A stretch of DNA of 64,000 bases. It comes from Candidatus Undinarchaeota archaeon (GTDB lineage: Archaea; SpSt-1190; JASMDC01). The stretch spans positions 1-64,000 of the forward strand of contig CAZFHY010000008.1 of assembly GCA_964519305.1 (NCBI GenBank), read 5' to 3'. A program made the translations under genes and the position numbers. Positions within the stretch are counted from its first letter, which is position 1, and each line of letters begins with the position of its first letter. Of the stretch, positions 36,338 through 45,695 are shown piece by piece. The notes below the pieces were generated by a model. It worked only from the letters and a program-made list of their open reading frames with translations. It searched no databases and was not told where the DNA came from.

Positions 36338-37864
36338 ATGGACATCCACGAAACTATCCTCAAGGCCCGACCGGTCGACCTGGACCTAGGTCCGAACTCG
36401 GTCCTGCTCAACGCACAGGACGCTAAAGCAATGGGCGTACGGGCCCGTGGTCGTGTTCGCATCAGCGGGGGCGGGATCATCACGACAGTGACCGCCTTCA
36501 TCACCGGTACACTGGTGAAACCTGGTGAGGTAGGCATACTCCCCGATATCGGCCAGATGCTGAACGTGAAGGATCGAACGGAGATCGCCCTTGAACCTGT
36601 CGGGCTCCCAGAGTCGACCCGCCTCATCAGGAGGAAGGTCCTTGGGGAAAAGCTCGAGAAGAGCGAGATCGCGAGCATCGTAAACGATGTGGTCGAGCGG
36701 AAGCTCACTGATATCGAGCTCTCCGCTTTCGTGGCGGGCCTCTCTTCTCATGGCATGGACATGGAAGAGACCGCGAACTTCACCATGTCGATGGTGAATA
36801 CAGGAAAGCGCATCGAGCTCAATGTAGGACGTGTTTTCGACAAGCACTCAATCGGTGGTGTCCCCGGCGACAAGACGACCCTCCTCGTGGTCCCCATCGT
36901 CGCGTCCGCAAACCTCGTCATTCCAAAGACGTCATCACGCGCCATCACCAGTGCTGCGGGCACAGCGGATGTTATGGAAGTGCTTGCCCCCATCGAGTTC
37001 GGGGCGGATAAGATCGAGGATATTATCAAGAAGGCCGGGGGCTGTCTCGTGTGGGGCGGCACCATGGACCTCCTTCCCGCTGATTCGATGCTCATCGAGA
37101 TCGAGCGACCCTTGTCCCTGGACCCTGAGTGTCTCGTGCTCGCATCGGTCCTGGGGAAGAAGAAGGCCGCAGGGAGCAATTACGTGGTCATAGATATCCC
37201 CGTGGGGAACGGCTGCAAGGTGACGAGCGATGACGAGGCACGTAATCTCGGCATCAAGTTCATCGAGCTGGGACAGCGTCTGGGCATGCAGGTGGAATGC
37301 GCGATCACGTTCGGCGGGCAGCCCGTAGGGCGGGCCGTAGGCCCTGCCCTCGAAGCGCGAGAGGCACTTGAAGCGCTCAATGGTAATTATCACGGGAGCT
37401 TTACTGAGAAGGCGACCTCGCTCGCGGGCATCCTCCTAGAGCTCGGGGGCGCTGCTGCTCACGGTAAGGGGAAAGCGCGTGCCGAGGAGATCCTCGAATC
37501 GGGCCAGGCCCTGAAGAAGTTCAAGCAGATACTCAAGCTGCAGGGCGGCAATCCCGATATCAAGCCCGAGGACATCGAGCTCGGAAAGTTCAAGCAGACC
37601 GTGAACACTCCACAAGAGGGCTATGTAACCTCGCTAAATAATGCGGTCATCAACCGGACCACGCGACTTGCTGGTGCTCCCAAGGACAAGAAGGCGGGGA
37701 TGTATCTCCATGCCAAGAAGGGACATCGGGTCGAGATGGGTGCACCTCTGTTCACCATCTACTCGTCGAGCGAGAGCAACCTGGACCGGGCCGTGAAGTA
37801 CGCCACAGGGGCCCATCCGCTCAAGGTCGAGGGCATGGTCCTCAGGCGCGTCAAGACGGGATAG
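36338..37864 (+). CDS. AMP phosphorylase
   Basis: DKHSIGGVPG, PKTSSRAITSAAGTAD, GPALEA and AGAP.DK.AG motifs with the archaeal N-terminal domain. Confidence 0.95.
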   Translation: MDIHETILKARPVDLDLGPNSVLLNAQDAKAMGVRARGRVRISGGGIITTVTAFITGTLVKPGEVGILPDIGQMLNVKDRTEIALEPVGLPESTRLIRRKVLGEKLEKSEIASIVNDVVERKLTDIELSAFVAGLSSHGMDMEETANFTMSMVNTGKRIELNVGRVFDKHSIGGVPGDKTTLLVVPIVASANLVIPKTSSRAITSAAGTADVMEVLAPIEFGADKIEDIIKKAGGCLVWGGTMDLLPADSMLIEIERPLSLDPECLVLASVLGKKKAAGSNYVVIDIPVGNGCKVTSDDEARNLGIKFIELGQRLGMQVECAITFGGQPVGRAVGPALEAREALEALNGNYHGSFTEKATSLAGILLELGGAAAHGKGKARAEEILESGQALKKFKQILKLQGGNPDIKPEDIELGKFKQTVNTPQEGYVTSLNNAVINRTTRLAGAPKDKKAGMYLHAKKGHRVEMGAPLFTIYSSSESNLDRAVKYATGAHPLKVEGMVLRRVKTG

Positions 37865-38302
37865 CTCACCAGATGTGACGATCGACCGGTAGGATACCGG
37901 TCCGGGAGCGGCCTCTCATCACTACGTAGGCGTCCAATTGATGGTCAGGGTGACCTTCGACGCCCTACAATCCGCCTTTGGTACCGAGGGTTAGCACGAA
38001 CGGATGGATGTTGGTTGGGACTGGGTCGGGGCCGGAATCCGTATGGTACGTGGGTGTCCCATCTTTATGGTCGGTATCACGGGTACGGGCCTCAACGGAG
38101 ATGATCTCCTTGGGCATATCGTCCGTGAGATTGGACCCGAGTATCTCTGTAAGGTCCAATCTTCGATGTCTCGTCAGTATCATGATGTTCGGATGCCCCG
38201 GGGAGTATGTTTTTAAATCTTACCATAAGAATATTGAACTTAATACACCTTAATTAGTGCTATGAGCCGTTATGTTGGCCCATCGCGGCATTCTTCGGGA
38301 AA

Positions 38303-39100
38303 TTAGATCTCAGCGTCATCCAGGGCCTTGGCGCAGTCACAACCACCGCCACGCTCAGCAGGTAGGCGGTCGATCACCCGGGAGAACACTTTCTTGAGGG
38401 CCTCGATGTTCTTGTTCATGAGCTCCACGACCTCTGTCGTGCCGAGGGGACTGTCAGCCATGCCTGCGGCCCAGTTCGTGACCAAGGCAAGAGAAGAGTA
38501 GCACATGGCCTTCTCCCTGGCAAGGACGACCTCGGGGACGTTCGTCATCCCGACCACATCGGCTCCCAGAACACGGATCGCGTTGATCTCTGCGGGGGTC
38601 TCGTACCGTGGGCCCTCCATGCAGGCATATGTCACCTCGGGGAACACTTCACGGTTGGTCACGTTCTTTGCCTCTTCATAGAGGAGCTTGCACATCTCCG
38701 GGCAGTAAGGCGTGGTCATGTCCACATGGAACACATGACCGTCGTCACCCTCGTAGAAGGTCGTGACGCGGTTCTTTGTGAAGTCCATGAACTGGTCGAG
38801 GACGGCCAGTGTGCCGGGGGGCATCTGATTGTGACATGATCCTACTGCGGTGGTCGACATGATGCGTTCTACACCGAGCTTGTAGAGCGCGAATGTATTG
38901 GCACGGAAGTTGATACGGTGCGGTGGGATCGAATGGCCGCTCCCATGACGCGGGAGGAACACGACATCGACGCCACCTATTGTCCCGGTACGGACCTCTT
39001 TTACGCGACCGTAGGGTGTGTCCACCTCAACGATCTTAGTGTCCTCCAATAGCGAGTATACTCCTGATCCACCTATGATACCTATGTGAGGCATGAACAT
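38303..39100 (-). CDS. MTAP/MTIP-family purine nucleoside phosphorylase
   Basis: GIIGGSG, RHG..H..PPH, EGPRYETPAE and VVGMT motifs; VTNWAAG suggests 6-oxopurine preference. Confidence 0.92.
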   Translation of the reverse strand: MFMPHIGIIGGSGVYSLLEDTKIVEVDTPYGRVKEVRTGTIGGVDVVFLPRHGSGHSIPPHRINFRANTFALYKLGVERIMSTTAVGSCHNQMPPGTLAVLDQFMDFTKNRVTTFYEGDDGHVFHVDMTTPYCPEMCKLLYEEAKNVTNREVFPEVTYACMEGPRYETPAEINAIRVLGADVVGMTNVPEVVLAREKAMCYSSLALVTNWAAGMADSPLGTTEVVELMNKNIEALKKVFSRVIDRLPAERGGGCDCAKALDDAEI

Positions 39101-39161
39101 CACCTAATCCCCAAAAAGGGGTTCTTATCATTTAAATAAGCACGACAGGGGGGCCAGCCCT

Positions 39162-40001
39162 TTATCGAATAGCGCGTCGTGGTCCTTTCTCCAGTGCACC
39201 CTTCCCTGCGGGTATGAACCTTTGGATGTCGTCAACGGTCAATGCCTTGACCTTGTCACGGTCCTCATCCCCGATACTTGCATGGAACTTGGCGATGATA
39301 TCACGGGCCAACTGTGCGGACTTCTTGTGCCCGGGGACGATGACTACATGGCAGATGGTGTTCGCGATGACGGACTCTACGGGGCCGCCCATGATAGTAC
39401 CTTCATCCGTCATCCCGACAGCGAGCCTTAGGTCGGCGTTATGGAAGTAGTTCTTCTTCCCGTAGATCATGAAGCTTCCTTTAGTCAGGTATTCGCCCGC
39501 AGGTGCGCTCTTCGATACCTGGGAACCCAGGACCCAGAACACGTCCATCGTGGTGTATCCCATGCCCCATGCCTTCGAGTATGATGCGGTGGCCTCAGCT
39601 ACCTGATTGAGCACCTCGTCTGGCACCTCCTCGTCACCCTCCACTTTGACGGTCATGAATGGCGAACCCGCCAGGTCGGAGTGGAACACGATGTCCTTGT
39701 CGGAGGTGTGCTTCTTGATGATTATCTCGTTCGTGGTGGCGTCCCGACCGCCTATCACGAGCCTTCCGTCCATCGACTTGAACCATCTGAAGCTCTCGTA
39801 CCAGGCACGTTCTTTCTGGACCCTGAGGCGCACGGGTGCATCGACCTCGATCTCAGCAGTGCGTGCGTTCTCCAGCTTTGCACGGGTGTGGGAAATGGCG
39901 ACCTCGGCCCCCTTTATCTTCTCGCGCGACTTCTTGGCTCGTTTGTAATAATACTGTGCGTTCTCAACCGCGCTCTTGCTCAGGTCGACGGTCACGCGCA
40001 C
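39162..40001 (-). CDS. NFACT RNA-binding domain protein (short RqcH/DUF814 type)
   Basis: WYE.FRWF, GGRDATTNE and A..GEYL.KGSFMIYG motifs; GTG 40001 preferred over ATG 40055. Confidence 0.9.
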   Translation of the reverse strand: MRVTVDLSKSAVENAQYYYKRAKKSREKIKGAEVAISHTRAKLENARTAEIEVDAPVRLRVQKERAWYESFRWFKSMDGRLVIGGRDATTNEIIIKKHTSDKDIVFHSDLAGSPFMTVKVEGDEEVPDEVLNQVAEATASYSKAWGMGYTTMDVFWVLGSQVSKSAPAGEYLTKGSFMIYGKKNYFHNADLRLAVGMTDEGTIMGGPVESVIANTICHVVIVPGHKKSAQLARDIIAKFHASIGDEDRDKVKALTVDDIQRFIPAGKGALEKGPRRAIR

Positions 40002-40024
40002 GACCGTGCCGTCCCGGTCAAACG

Positions 40025-40030
40025 TTATAA
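40025..40030. promoter_or_regulatory. symmetric TTATAA box centred between divergent starts
   Basis: 23 nt separate it from each of the starts at 40001(-) and 40054(+). Confidence 0.55.
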
Positions 40031-40053
40031 GGGTTGCCGACCGTCCCGGGAGC

Positions 40054-41082
40054 ATGCTCGTCCGGTTCGTTCGCGTCCATCAACAGGACACTGAACCGGT
40101 ACGCAAAGAGCTCGATGCCAAGGGCCAGGTCCTCCGCGGCATAAGGTTCCTCCACGAGGACGATTATGTGCTAATCCCCGTGAACTGTGACATCCCTGGA
40201 ATGGAGATGCTCGAACGCGACATCGAGGTCGAGCATAATCCGCGAAGCCTCTCTGAAGCGCTCAAGGGTGTTCTTTCTGATGAGCAGATGGCCATGCTCA
40301 GGACCTCGTTCGACGTCGTGGGCGACATAGCCGTCGTGGAGGTCCCCGAAGAGCTTGAGGACATGGAGGGTACCATTGGTGAGGCCCTTCTCTCGGTCAT
40401 CAAGGGCGTGCGAGTAGTGTGCCGGAAGGTGGGGCCGACTGCTGGCGAGTTCCGTGTGCGGCCTGTACGTGTCATCGCCGGTGAGCAGCGTACCACGACA
40501 GTGTACCGTGAGCATGGATGTAACTACGAGCTCGATCTGGCCAGTGTATACTTTTCTCCGAGGCTCGCGACCGAACGTGCACGTGTCGCATCACTAGTCC
40601 AACCTGGTGAGACCGTCATGGGCATGTTCGCAGGCGTCGGTCCCTTCACCATCCTCACGGCCCACGTCCAACCTGCGGTGAAAAGGGTATGGTCAGTTGA
40701 GCTGAACCCGGATGCGGTCACCTACATGAAGCGCAATATCGAACGGAACCGGGTGAAGGGGACCGTGCTCGCGGTCCAGGGGGACGTACGTGAGGTCGTC
40801 CCTGCATTGGGCCCGGCCGACAGGGTGTTCATGCCGCTGCCCAAGGGGGCCCATAAGTTCCTGGACGTCGCGATGGCGGCAGCCGCAGATGGTGCTGTCA
40901 TCCATTTCTATCACTTCACTCCCGAGGATGTGCGGTTCGAGGAAGGTGCCGCTCTCATAAAGGCCGCTGCAGAAGAGGCAGGCAAGTGTGGAGAGGTAGT
41001 GTTCCAGCGACAGGTCCGTTCCTTCTCTCCGGGCGTCTGCCAAGTAGTCGTGGACTTCCAGGTGGCCGGCCGAGCGCCGTAG
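40054..41082 (+). CDS. Trm5/Tyw2 (Met-10+) family tRNA methyltransferase
   Basis: FDVVGDIA, VYFSPRLATER, MFAGVGPF and ELNPDA motifs. Confidence 0.92.
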   Translation: MLVRFVRVHQQDTEPVRKELDAKGQVLRGIRFLHEDDYVLIPVNCDIPGMEMLERDIEVEHNPRSLSEALKGVLSDEQMAMLRTSFDVVGDIAVVEVPEELEDMEGTIGEALLSVIKGVRVVCRKVGPTAGEFRVRPVRVIAGEQRTTTVYREHGCNYELDLASVYFSPRLATERARVASLVQPGETVMGMFAGVGPFTILTAHVQPAVKRVWSVELNPDAVTYMKRNIERNRVKGTVLAVQGDVREVVPALGPADRVFMPLPKGAHKFLDVAMAAAADGAVIHFYHFTPEDVRFEEGAALIKAAAEEAGKCGEVVFQRQVRSFSPGVCQVVVDFQVAGRAP

Positions 41083-41127
41083 ATATTTTTTTAAATGCTA
41101 GCACTCCTCCAGAGATAATAATAACGT

Positions 41128-41248
41128 GCGGGGGTGACAGAGCTGGCCAAATGTGATGGATTCAGGGTCCATTGGTTTAGTACCTGCGCGGGTTCGAAAA
41201 CGATACCGGTCAACTCCGGTACGTTCGGAAGTCCCGTCTCCCGCACCA
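41128..41248 (+). tRNA. tRNA-Leu(CAG) with 33-nt T-loop intron (41199-41231) and encoded CCA
   Basis: ATGGA-TTCAGGG-TCCAT anticodon arm; TTCG/CGGA helix with AAA/AGT bulges; splicing restores GCGGG-TTCGAAT-CCCGT. Confidence 0.9.
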
Positions 41249-41252
41249 ATAA

Positions 41253-41326
41253 GGGCCTGTGGTCTAGCTGGTTATGACGCCGCCTTCACACGGCGGAGAT
41301 CAGGCGTTCAAATCGCCTTGGGCCCA
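41253..41326 (+). tRNA. tRNA-Val(CAC), intron-less
   Basis: CCGCC-TTCACAC-GGCGG anticodon arm; AGGCG-TTCAAAT-CGCCT T arm. Confidence 0.93.
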
Positions 41327-41329
41327 TGA

Positions 41330-41352
41330 GGGAGGGGGTTGTTCCCCCTCCC
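41330..41352 (+). terminator. hairpin after the tRNA pair
   Basis: GGGAGGGGG-ttgtt-CCCCCTCCC. Confidence 0.5.
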
Positions 41353-41437
41353 TGATACCTATCTATCAAGCCCGTGGTCCGTCCACCCACTGGGAAAGGG
41401 ATAAAAATAATGCGCTCCCGCCGCTCATGGAGGCCTC

Positions 41438-42385
41438 ATGATCGACCTCAAGCGTAAGGTACCAAAAGGTAAGGTCTTCGTGTTCAGGACCAAGGACGGC
41501 CGTGAGGTTGGAAGGGCGAGCACCCTCGCAGAGTTCCGTGACTTCCTCCGGGGTATAGACGAGGATTGCCTTCTGAACCATGTGACCCCTGAAAGGAACG
41601 ACTTCGCAGCCTGGCTCGAGGGAGCGTTCAACGAGACCGAACTCGCTAAACGGATGCGGAAAATACCCTTGGACAGGGCCCCGAAGGTAATACGGGCCCA
41701 GCTTCTACTCCTCTTTTCAAGAAGTCACAGGACGGGACGATCCATCCCGCCAATCAAGCAAGAGGATAGGGTGAAGGTGTCACCTCCTCTTGAACGTGGA
41801 ACACGAATGCCCAAAATTGAGAAACAGGGTGCCAAGCAAGTAACTATCGAAGAGAAGATCCCCGCATCCAGAAAACCGACGCCTCCCCGGAAGATCACGA
41901 ATGAGGGCCCGGCAAAGCAGACCAAGGACGTAAAGCGGAACCCTGTCCGTGGTAAACCAAAGACACATCCCGCTCGGGACTCCAAACCGCGGACCGGAGG
42001 GAAAAAACCCATCCTTGCCATGGTCCCCACCCTTGAGGCCGCTATACGCGCGGCATCGGTCAGTTCGGGTACGGGTCTCCTGAACCCACGCCCCCCACCT
42101 GGAGGGAAGCTCGATGGACTGCTCTGGGGGCTCGAGACCTATGTCCATCCAGCGGACGTGCTGGCGGACAGGGCTGGATTCGTCGGTTTCGTCCAAGCTT
42201 GCAGTGAGTACCTCTCAAATGCTGCGAGCAAGTTGACTCCCGAGGCTAGGGTCGCATTGCGTCATCTCGTGGATAACTTCCCTGATGATGCGGCCGTTGT
42301 GCACCGTGCACAGGATTACGTTGAGACCGTCCGGGCCGTCCGGAGTCTAGTCGAGCGGAGTCCAGTCATCGCCACACCTACCTGA
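41438..42385 (+). CDS. DUF5752-like N-terminal domain protein with basic disordered linker
   Basis: F.F...G.....A.TL.EF...L..I......H.....NDFA.W motif; GGAGG RBS. Confidence 0.65.
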   Translation: MIDLKRKVPKGKVFVFRTKDGREVGRASTLAEFRDFLRGIDEDCLLNHVTPERNDFAAWLEGAFNETELAKRMRKIPLDRAPKVIRAQLLLLFSRSHRTGRSIPPIKQEDRVKVSPPLERGTRMPKIEKQGAKQVTIEEKIPASRKPTPPRKITNEGPAKQTKDVKRNPVRGKPKTHPARDSKPRTGGKKPILAMVPTLEAAIRAASVSSGTGLLNPRPPPGGKLDGLLWGLETYVHPADVLADRAGFVGFVQACSEYLSNAASKLTPEARVALRHLVDNFPDDAAVVHRAQDYVETVRAVRSLVERSPVIATPT

Positions 42386-42394
42386 TCATCTCGG

Positions 42395-44212
42395 TCAGGC
42401 GCGACTGAACGGGTAACCATGAACGTAGTGGTCCCGTTGATCGAGCCGCACCTTCAAGACGTCAACGGCGTTACATTCAAGACCCCCACCTGTCGACTCG
42501 GAACAGAGCGAGGCCTGACCTCCCCGGGCATGGAATATACCGGTCATCGGTTCGTTCCCGAAGGGAATGAATACCACCTCGCTCAGCATCCCTTCAGGCC
42601 CGTTGCCTGTATCGAGCAGCACCGTCGCGAAGCCGCGATCGTCCGTCCGGTAGTATCGTGGAGACGTCCCCAGTTTTCGGACCTGTATACGGGCACCAGG
42701 CAGAGGCTTCTCGTGTTCAGTTGAGAGGAGGATGACCTGGAGCGCGACGTGGCCGGGCATAGTGTTCTGGGCCAATCCTGCGAGATCAATCCGATAGAGG
42801 CTGCACTCAGTGCAGGAAATAAGGGGGACGCGCTCCGCGAGACCGCCATTCTGAAGGTACGGTAAAGGGTGATGGGAGATAACCCATTCAGCCCCGAACT
42901 CAAGGATCATCCGAAATGCCATTTCCGGTTTCTGCGGAAGGCATTCGGTCTCGATATCGGAGAATAATGCGATCTCGCGACACAAGGTTGGTGATAGGAC
43001 GACGTCCGAAGGATTCTCAAGACGCTCCAGTTCACGGACCACTGAAAGGTTCTTTTGCCAGACCTCGTTACCTTGCCCCACGTCGATCGGGAGAGACGCT
43101 ATCTGGGTGACCATAAGGAGGGCGAGCACTCCGAGACCGGCCTTCTGTCCGAATCCCATGTTGCGGGAAATATCCACTACAGCGATGACGGCGAGCGCGA
43201 CGAGCGGCATGAGAACGTTCACCACGAACTTCCACTCGAAGTAAATAGGTGAGAAGAGGAACACGAGTAATGGGACGAGCGCCCATGAGCCGAGTAGAAG
43301 TTTAGCGCTACGTCGTCCAGGGATGACGAGCAGTGCGGCCAAAGATGCCAATAGCACAGGGAATCCTATGAAGTCATGTGCCGTGAGGAACGGATTGACG
43401 GACGCCTCGGAGGGATCGCGCCATTTATCCTGGAAGTTTATGAGGTAGTGTGCGACCTCAATTGTCGTGTCCAGGCCGTTGTAGTAAAGGTATGCATTCC
43501 ATATGAGAAAGGAGAGCGCACCGCCCGCCATGATGATGCCGAGCAGCTTAAGACGGCGACGACCGTTCCCTGTCCTTGGTGCGTCAAGGACCAAGAACAC
43601 AAGGAGCACGAGGTAACATGGTGCGAAGTTGAGCTTTGTGAACATCCCCACAGCGGACAGTACGGTGCCGGCGACGAGATGTGACCTGGATCCCGCGCAC
43701 GCCCTCAGATAACAGTAGATCACTGAACTGTACAGGAAACAGAGGACCATCGGATGCAGGATCGCCAGTGAGTACGAATAATAGGAGCCATGCGTTCCAA
43801 GAAGGAGCATGGAGATGAGGCCTGCACGCTCCCCTGCAAGCTCTTTGACGAGAAGGCTGAATGCCAGGAGCGCACTTATTGACGCTATGATCACAGTTAG
43901 GTGCCCTGCCACGATCCAGTTCCCTATGATCGAGTGAACTGCGCCGATCAGCGCGAAGAACATTGGCGGATGGAGAATGAAGTTCTGGCCGAAGATGCGG
44001 GGACGACCGTCCTCCATGAGCGACCGGGCAACGAGCATGTCCCTGTACTCGTCATGGACTTTCGTCCCATCGAAGGATGTGATATCATTATCCACGATCG
44101 GAGCGAGCATGTCGAAGTCCCATGTCGAGTAGGAAAACAACCCGAAGAGAATGGCCAGGATCGTGGCAATGACCATCATAGAGGGCTTATCATCAGTGGC
44201 TCTGTTCGTCAT
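42395..44212 (-). CDS. GT39/ArnT-like (GT-C) membrane glycosyltransferase
   Basis: HDE near the N-terminus, HPP motif, FTK; many TM segments. Confidence 0.8.
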   Translation of the reverse strand: MTNRATDDKPSMMVIATILAILFGLFSYSTWDFDMLAPIVDNDITSFDGTKVHDEYRDMLVARSLMEDGRPRIFGQNFILHPPMFFALIGAVHSIIGNWIVAGHLTVIIASISALLAFSLLVKELAGERAGLISMLLLGTHGSYYSYSLAILHPMVLCFLYSSVIYCYLRACAGSRSHLVAGTVLSAVGMFTKLNFAPCYLVLLVFLVLDAPRTGNGRRRLKLLGIIMAGGALSFLIWNAYLYYNGLDTTIEVAHYLINFQDKWRDPSEASVNPFLTAHDFIGFPVLLASLAALLVIPGRRSAKLLLGSWALVPLLVFLFSPIYFEWKFVVNVLMPLVALAVIAVVDISRNMGFGQKAGLGVLALLMVTQIASLPIDVGQGNEVWQKNLSVVRELERLENPSDVVLSPTLCREIALFSDIETECLPQKPEMAFRMILEFGAEWVISHHPLPYLQNGGLAERVPLISCTECSLYRIDLAGLAQNTMPGHVALQVILLSTEHEKPLPGARIQVRKLGTSPRYYRTDDRGFATVLLDTGNGPEGMLSEVVFIPFGNEPMTGIFHARGGQASLCSESTGGGLECNAVDVLKVRLDQRDHYVHGYPFSRA

Positions 44213-44344
44213 GTACGCAACTCCTTGAGTTTATAATAATAATAGTGGTGTTTACGTTCCCGTACTGCGGTAGGATGGGTATATTTATTTAAAGCAACAT
44301 CGCCTTATTCTCACTGAATCATCAATACGTAGGAGGCTATAATT

Positions 44345-45520
44345 ATGGGTCTATTCGATAAATTACGTGGAAAGAGCGATGCACCACCGAAGCCTGGTGG
44401 TCCTCCGCCCGGTATGCCGCCTAAGCCCGGCATGGGTCCTCCAATGAAGCCCGGCATGGGCCCCCCTGGGAAGCCCGGTATGGGTCCCCCGATGAAGCCT
44501 GGCATGGGCCCCCCTGGGAAGCCCGGCATGGGTCCTCCGATGAAGCCTGGCATGGGCCCTCCTGGGAAGCCCGGCATGGGTCCTCCTGGAATGCCGCCCA
44601 AACCCGGCATGGGTCCCCCTGGAATGCCGCCCAAACCCGGCATGGGTCCCCCCGGAATGCCGCCCAAACCCGGCATGGGTCCCCCTGGAATGCCGCCCAA
44701 ACCCGGCATGGGTCCCCCCGGAATGCCGCCCAAACCCGGCATGGGTCCCCCTGGAGCTCCTCCTGGTGGGATGCCTCCGCCTCCTGGCGGGATGCCTCCG
44801 CCTCCTGGCGGGATGCCGCCTCCCGGCGGTCCTCCCCCTGGCGGGATGCCTCCTAAGCCCGGCATGATGCCCCCTGGCGGGGTCCCGGGTATGCCTCCGC
44901 CTCCCGGTGGTCCTCCCCCTGGTGGGATGCCGCCTCCTGGTGGTCCTCCCCCTGGTGGGATGCCGCCTCCCGGTGGTCCTCCCCCTGGCGGGATGCCGCC
45001 TCCCGGTATGGCTCCTCCGCCCGCGGCGCCTCCGCCGGCAGCACCTCCTCCGGCAGCACCTCCTCCGGCTGCACCACCTCCCGCGGCTCCTCCTCCTGCA
45101 GCGCCCGCTCCCAGAGCACCGGCTCCTGCGGCCAAACCCGCAGCAGCAGCAGGGCCAGCAGAGGGCGTACCGCTACCGAGCTCGGTCCCGCTGTTCATCC
45201 GCGTCGACCGATATGGTGAGGTGTCCAAGAGCATCTACTCGCTCATGGACCATGTGCAGAACCTGGATGATGTCCTTATGACCCTAAAGACGCTCAACCA
45301 GCTGGAGAACCAAGCGATCGCTATCTGGTACGGCAATGTCGAAGGGCTTCAGAAGGTCATCAAGGAGGTCCAGAAGAACTTCATGAGGCCCGAGAGCCTC
45401 GAGGAGAAGAGGACCGGAGCACGTGTCCCGAAACCATCGGAGCGGAAGAAGAGCGAAGCTATGAGCGAACTCGAGGGTTCGATCAAGAAGCTCCAAGAAG
45501 AACTCGGTAGGATGGGCTAG
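44345..45520 (+). CDS. Pro/Gly-rich repeat protein with amphipathic N-terminus and C-terminal coiled-coil domain
   Basis: MGLFDKLRG; tandem KPGMGPP(G)[10 protein letters not shown] and AAPPP repeats; PLFIRVDRY domain; GGAGG RBS. Confidence 0.85.
   Translation: MGLFDKLRGKSDAPPKPGGPPPGMPPKPGMGPPMKPGMGPPGKPGMGPPMKPGMGPPGKPGMGPPMKPGMGPPGKPGMGPPGMPPKPGMGPPGMPPKPGMGPPGMPPKPGMGPPGMPPKPGMGPPGMPPKPGMGPPGAPPGGMPPPPGGMPPPPGGMPPPGGPPPGGMPPKPGMMPPGGVPGMPPPPGGPPPGGMPPPGGPPPGGMPPPGGPPPGGMPPPGMAPPPAAPPPAAPPPAAPPPAAPPPAAPPPAAPAPRAPAPAAKPAAAAGPAEGVPLPSSVPLFIRVDRYGEVSKSIYSLMDHVQNLDDVLMTLKTLNQLENQAIAIWYGNVEGLQKVIKEVQKNFMRPESLEEKRTGARVPKPSERKKSEAMSELEGSIKKLQEELGRMG
44381..45135 (+). repeat. coding tandem repeats (24-, 30-, 21-, 33- and 15-bp units)
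   Basis: for example ggaatgccgcccaaacccggcatgggtccccc repeated; synonymous variation between units. Confidence 0.9.
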
Positions 45521-45551
45521 CCTTCGGGCTAGCTCTCCTTATACTCCCCTC

Positions 45552-45658
45552 GCGGGGGTGGCGGAGCGGCCAAACGCGACAGACTCAAGATCTGTTGGCT
45601 TAGCGCCTTCAAGGGTTCGAATGGGGTGAATTAGCCCCCGGATATCCCTTCCCCCGCA
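45552..45658 (+). tRNA. tRNA-Leu(CAA) with 23-nt T-loop intron (45622-45644)
   Basis: ACAGA-CTCAAGA-TCTGT anticodon arm; BHB GGG-TTCG-AAT-GGGG / CCCC-CGGA-TAT-CCC. Confidence 0.93.
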
Positions 45659-45695
45659 CTCAATAAGTACATTGAGCCCGACCGCTCTTAAAATC

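Noticed and set aside
37965-38253. Short ORFs between AMP phosphorylase and the nucleoside phosphorylase
   Set aside because: No recognisable motifs and conflicting overlapping frames; 37965-38183(-) is possible but unsupported.
40053-40056. Head-to-head genes sharing overlapping ATGs in CATG (also at 13309-13312)
   Set aside because: Downstream GTG starts fit the family N-terminus or RBS and the TATA spacing better, so the overlap is probably an ORF-calling artefact.
44381-45135. Tandem repeats as a possible CRISPR array, and the antisense Gly-rich ORF 44311-45234
   Set aside because: Units are multiples of 3, lack unique spacers and lie in-frame in a gene with an RBS; the antisense ORF is its shadow; no cas genes are present.
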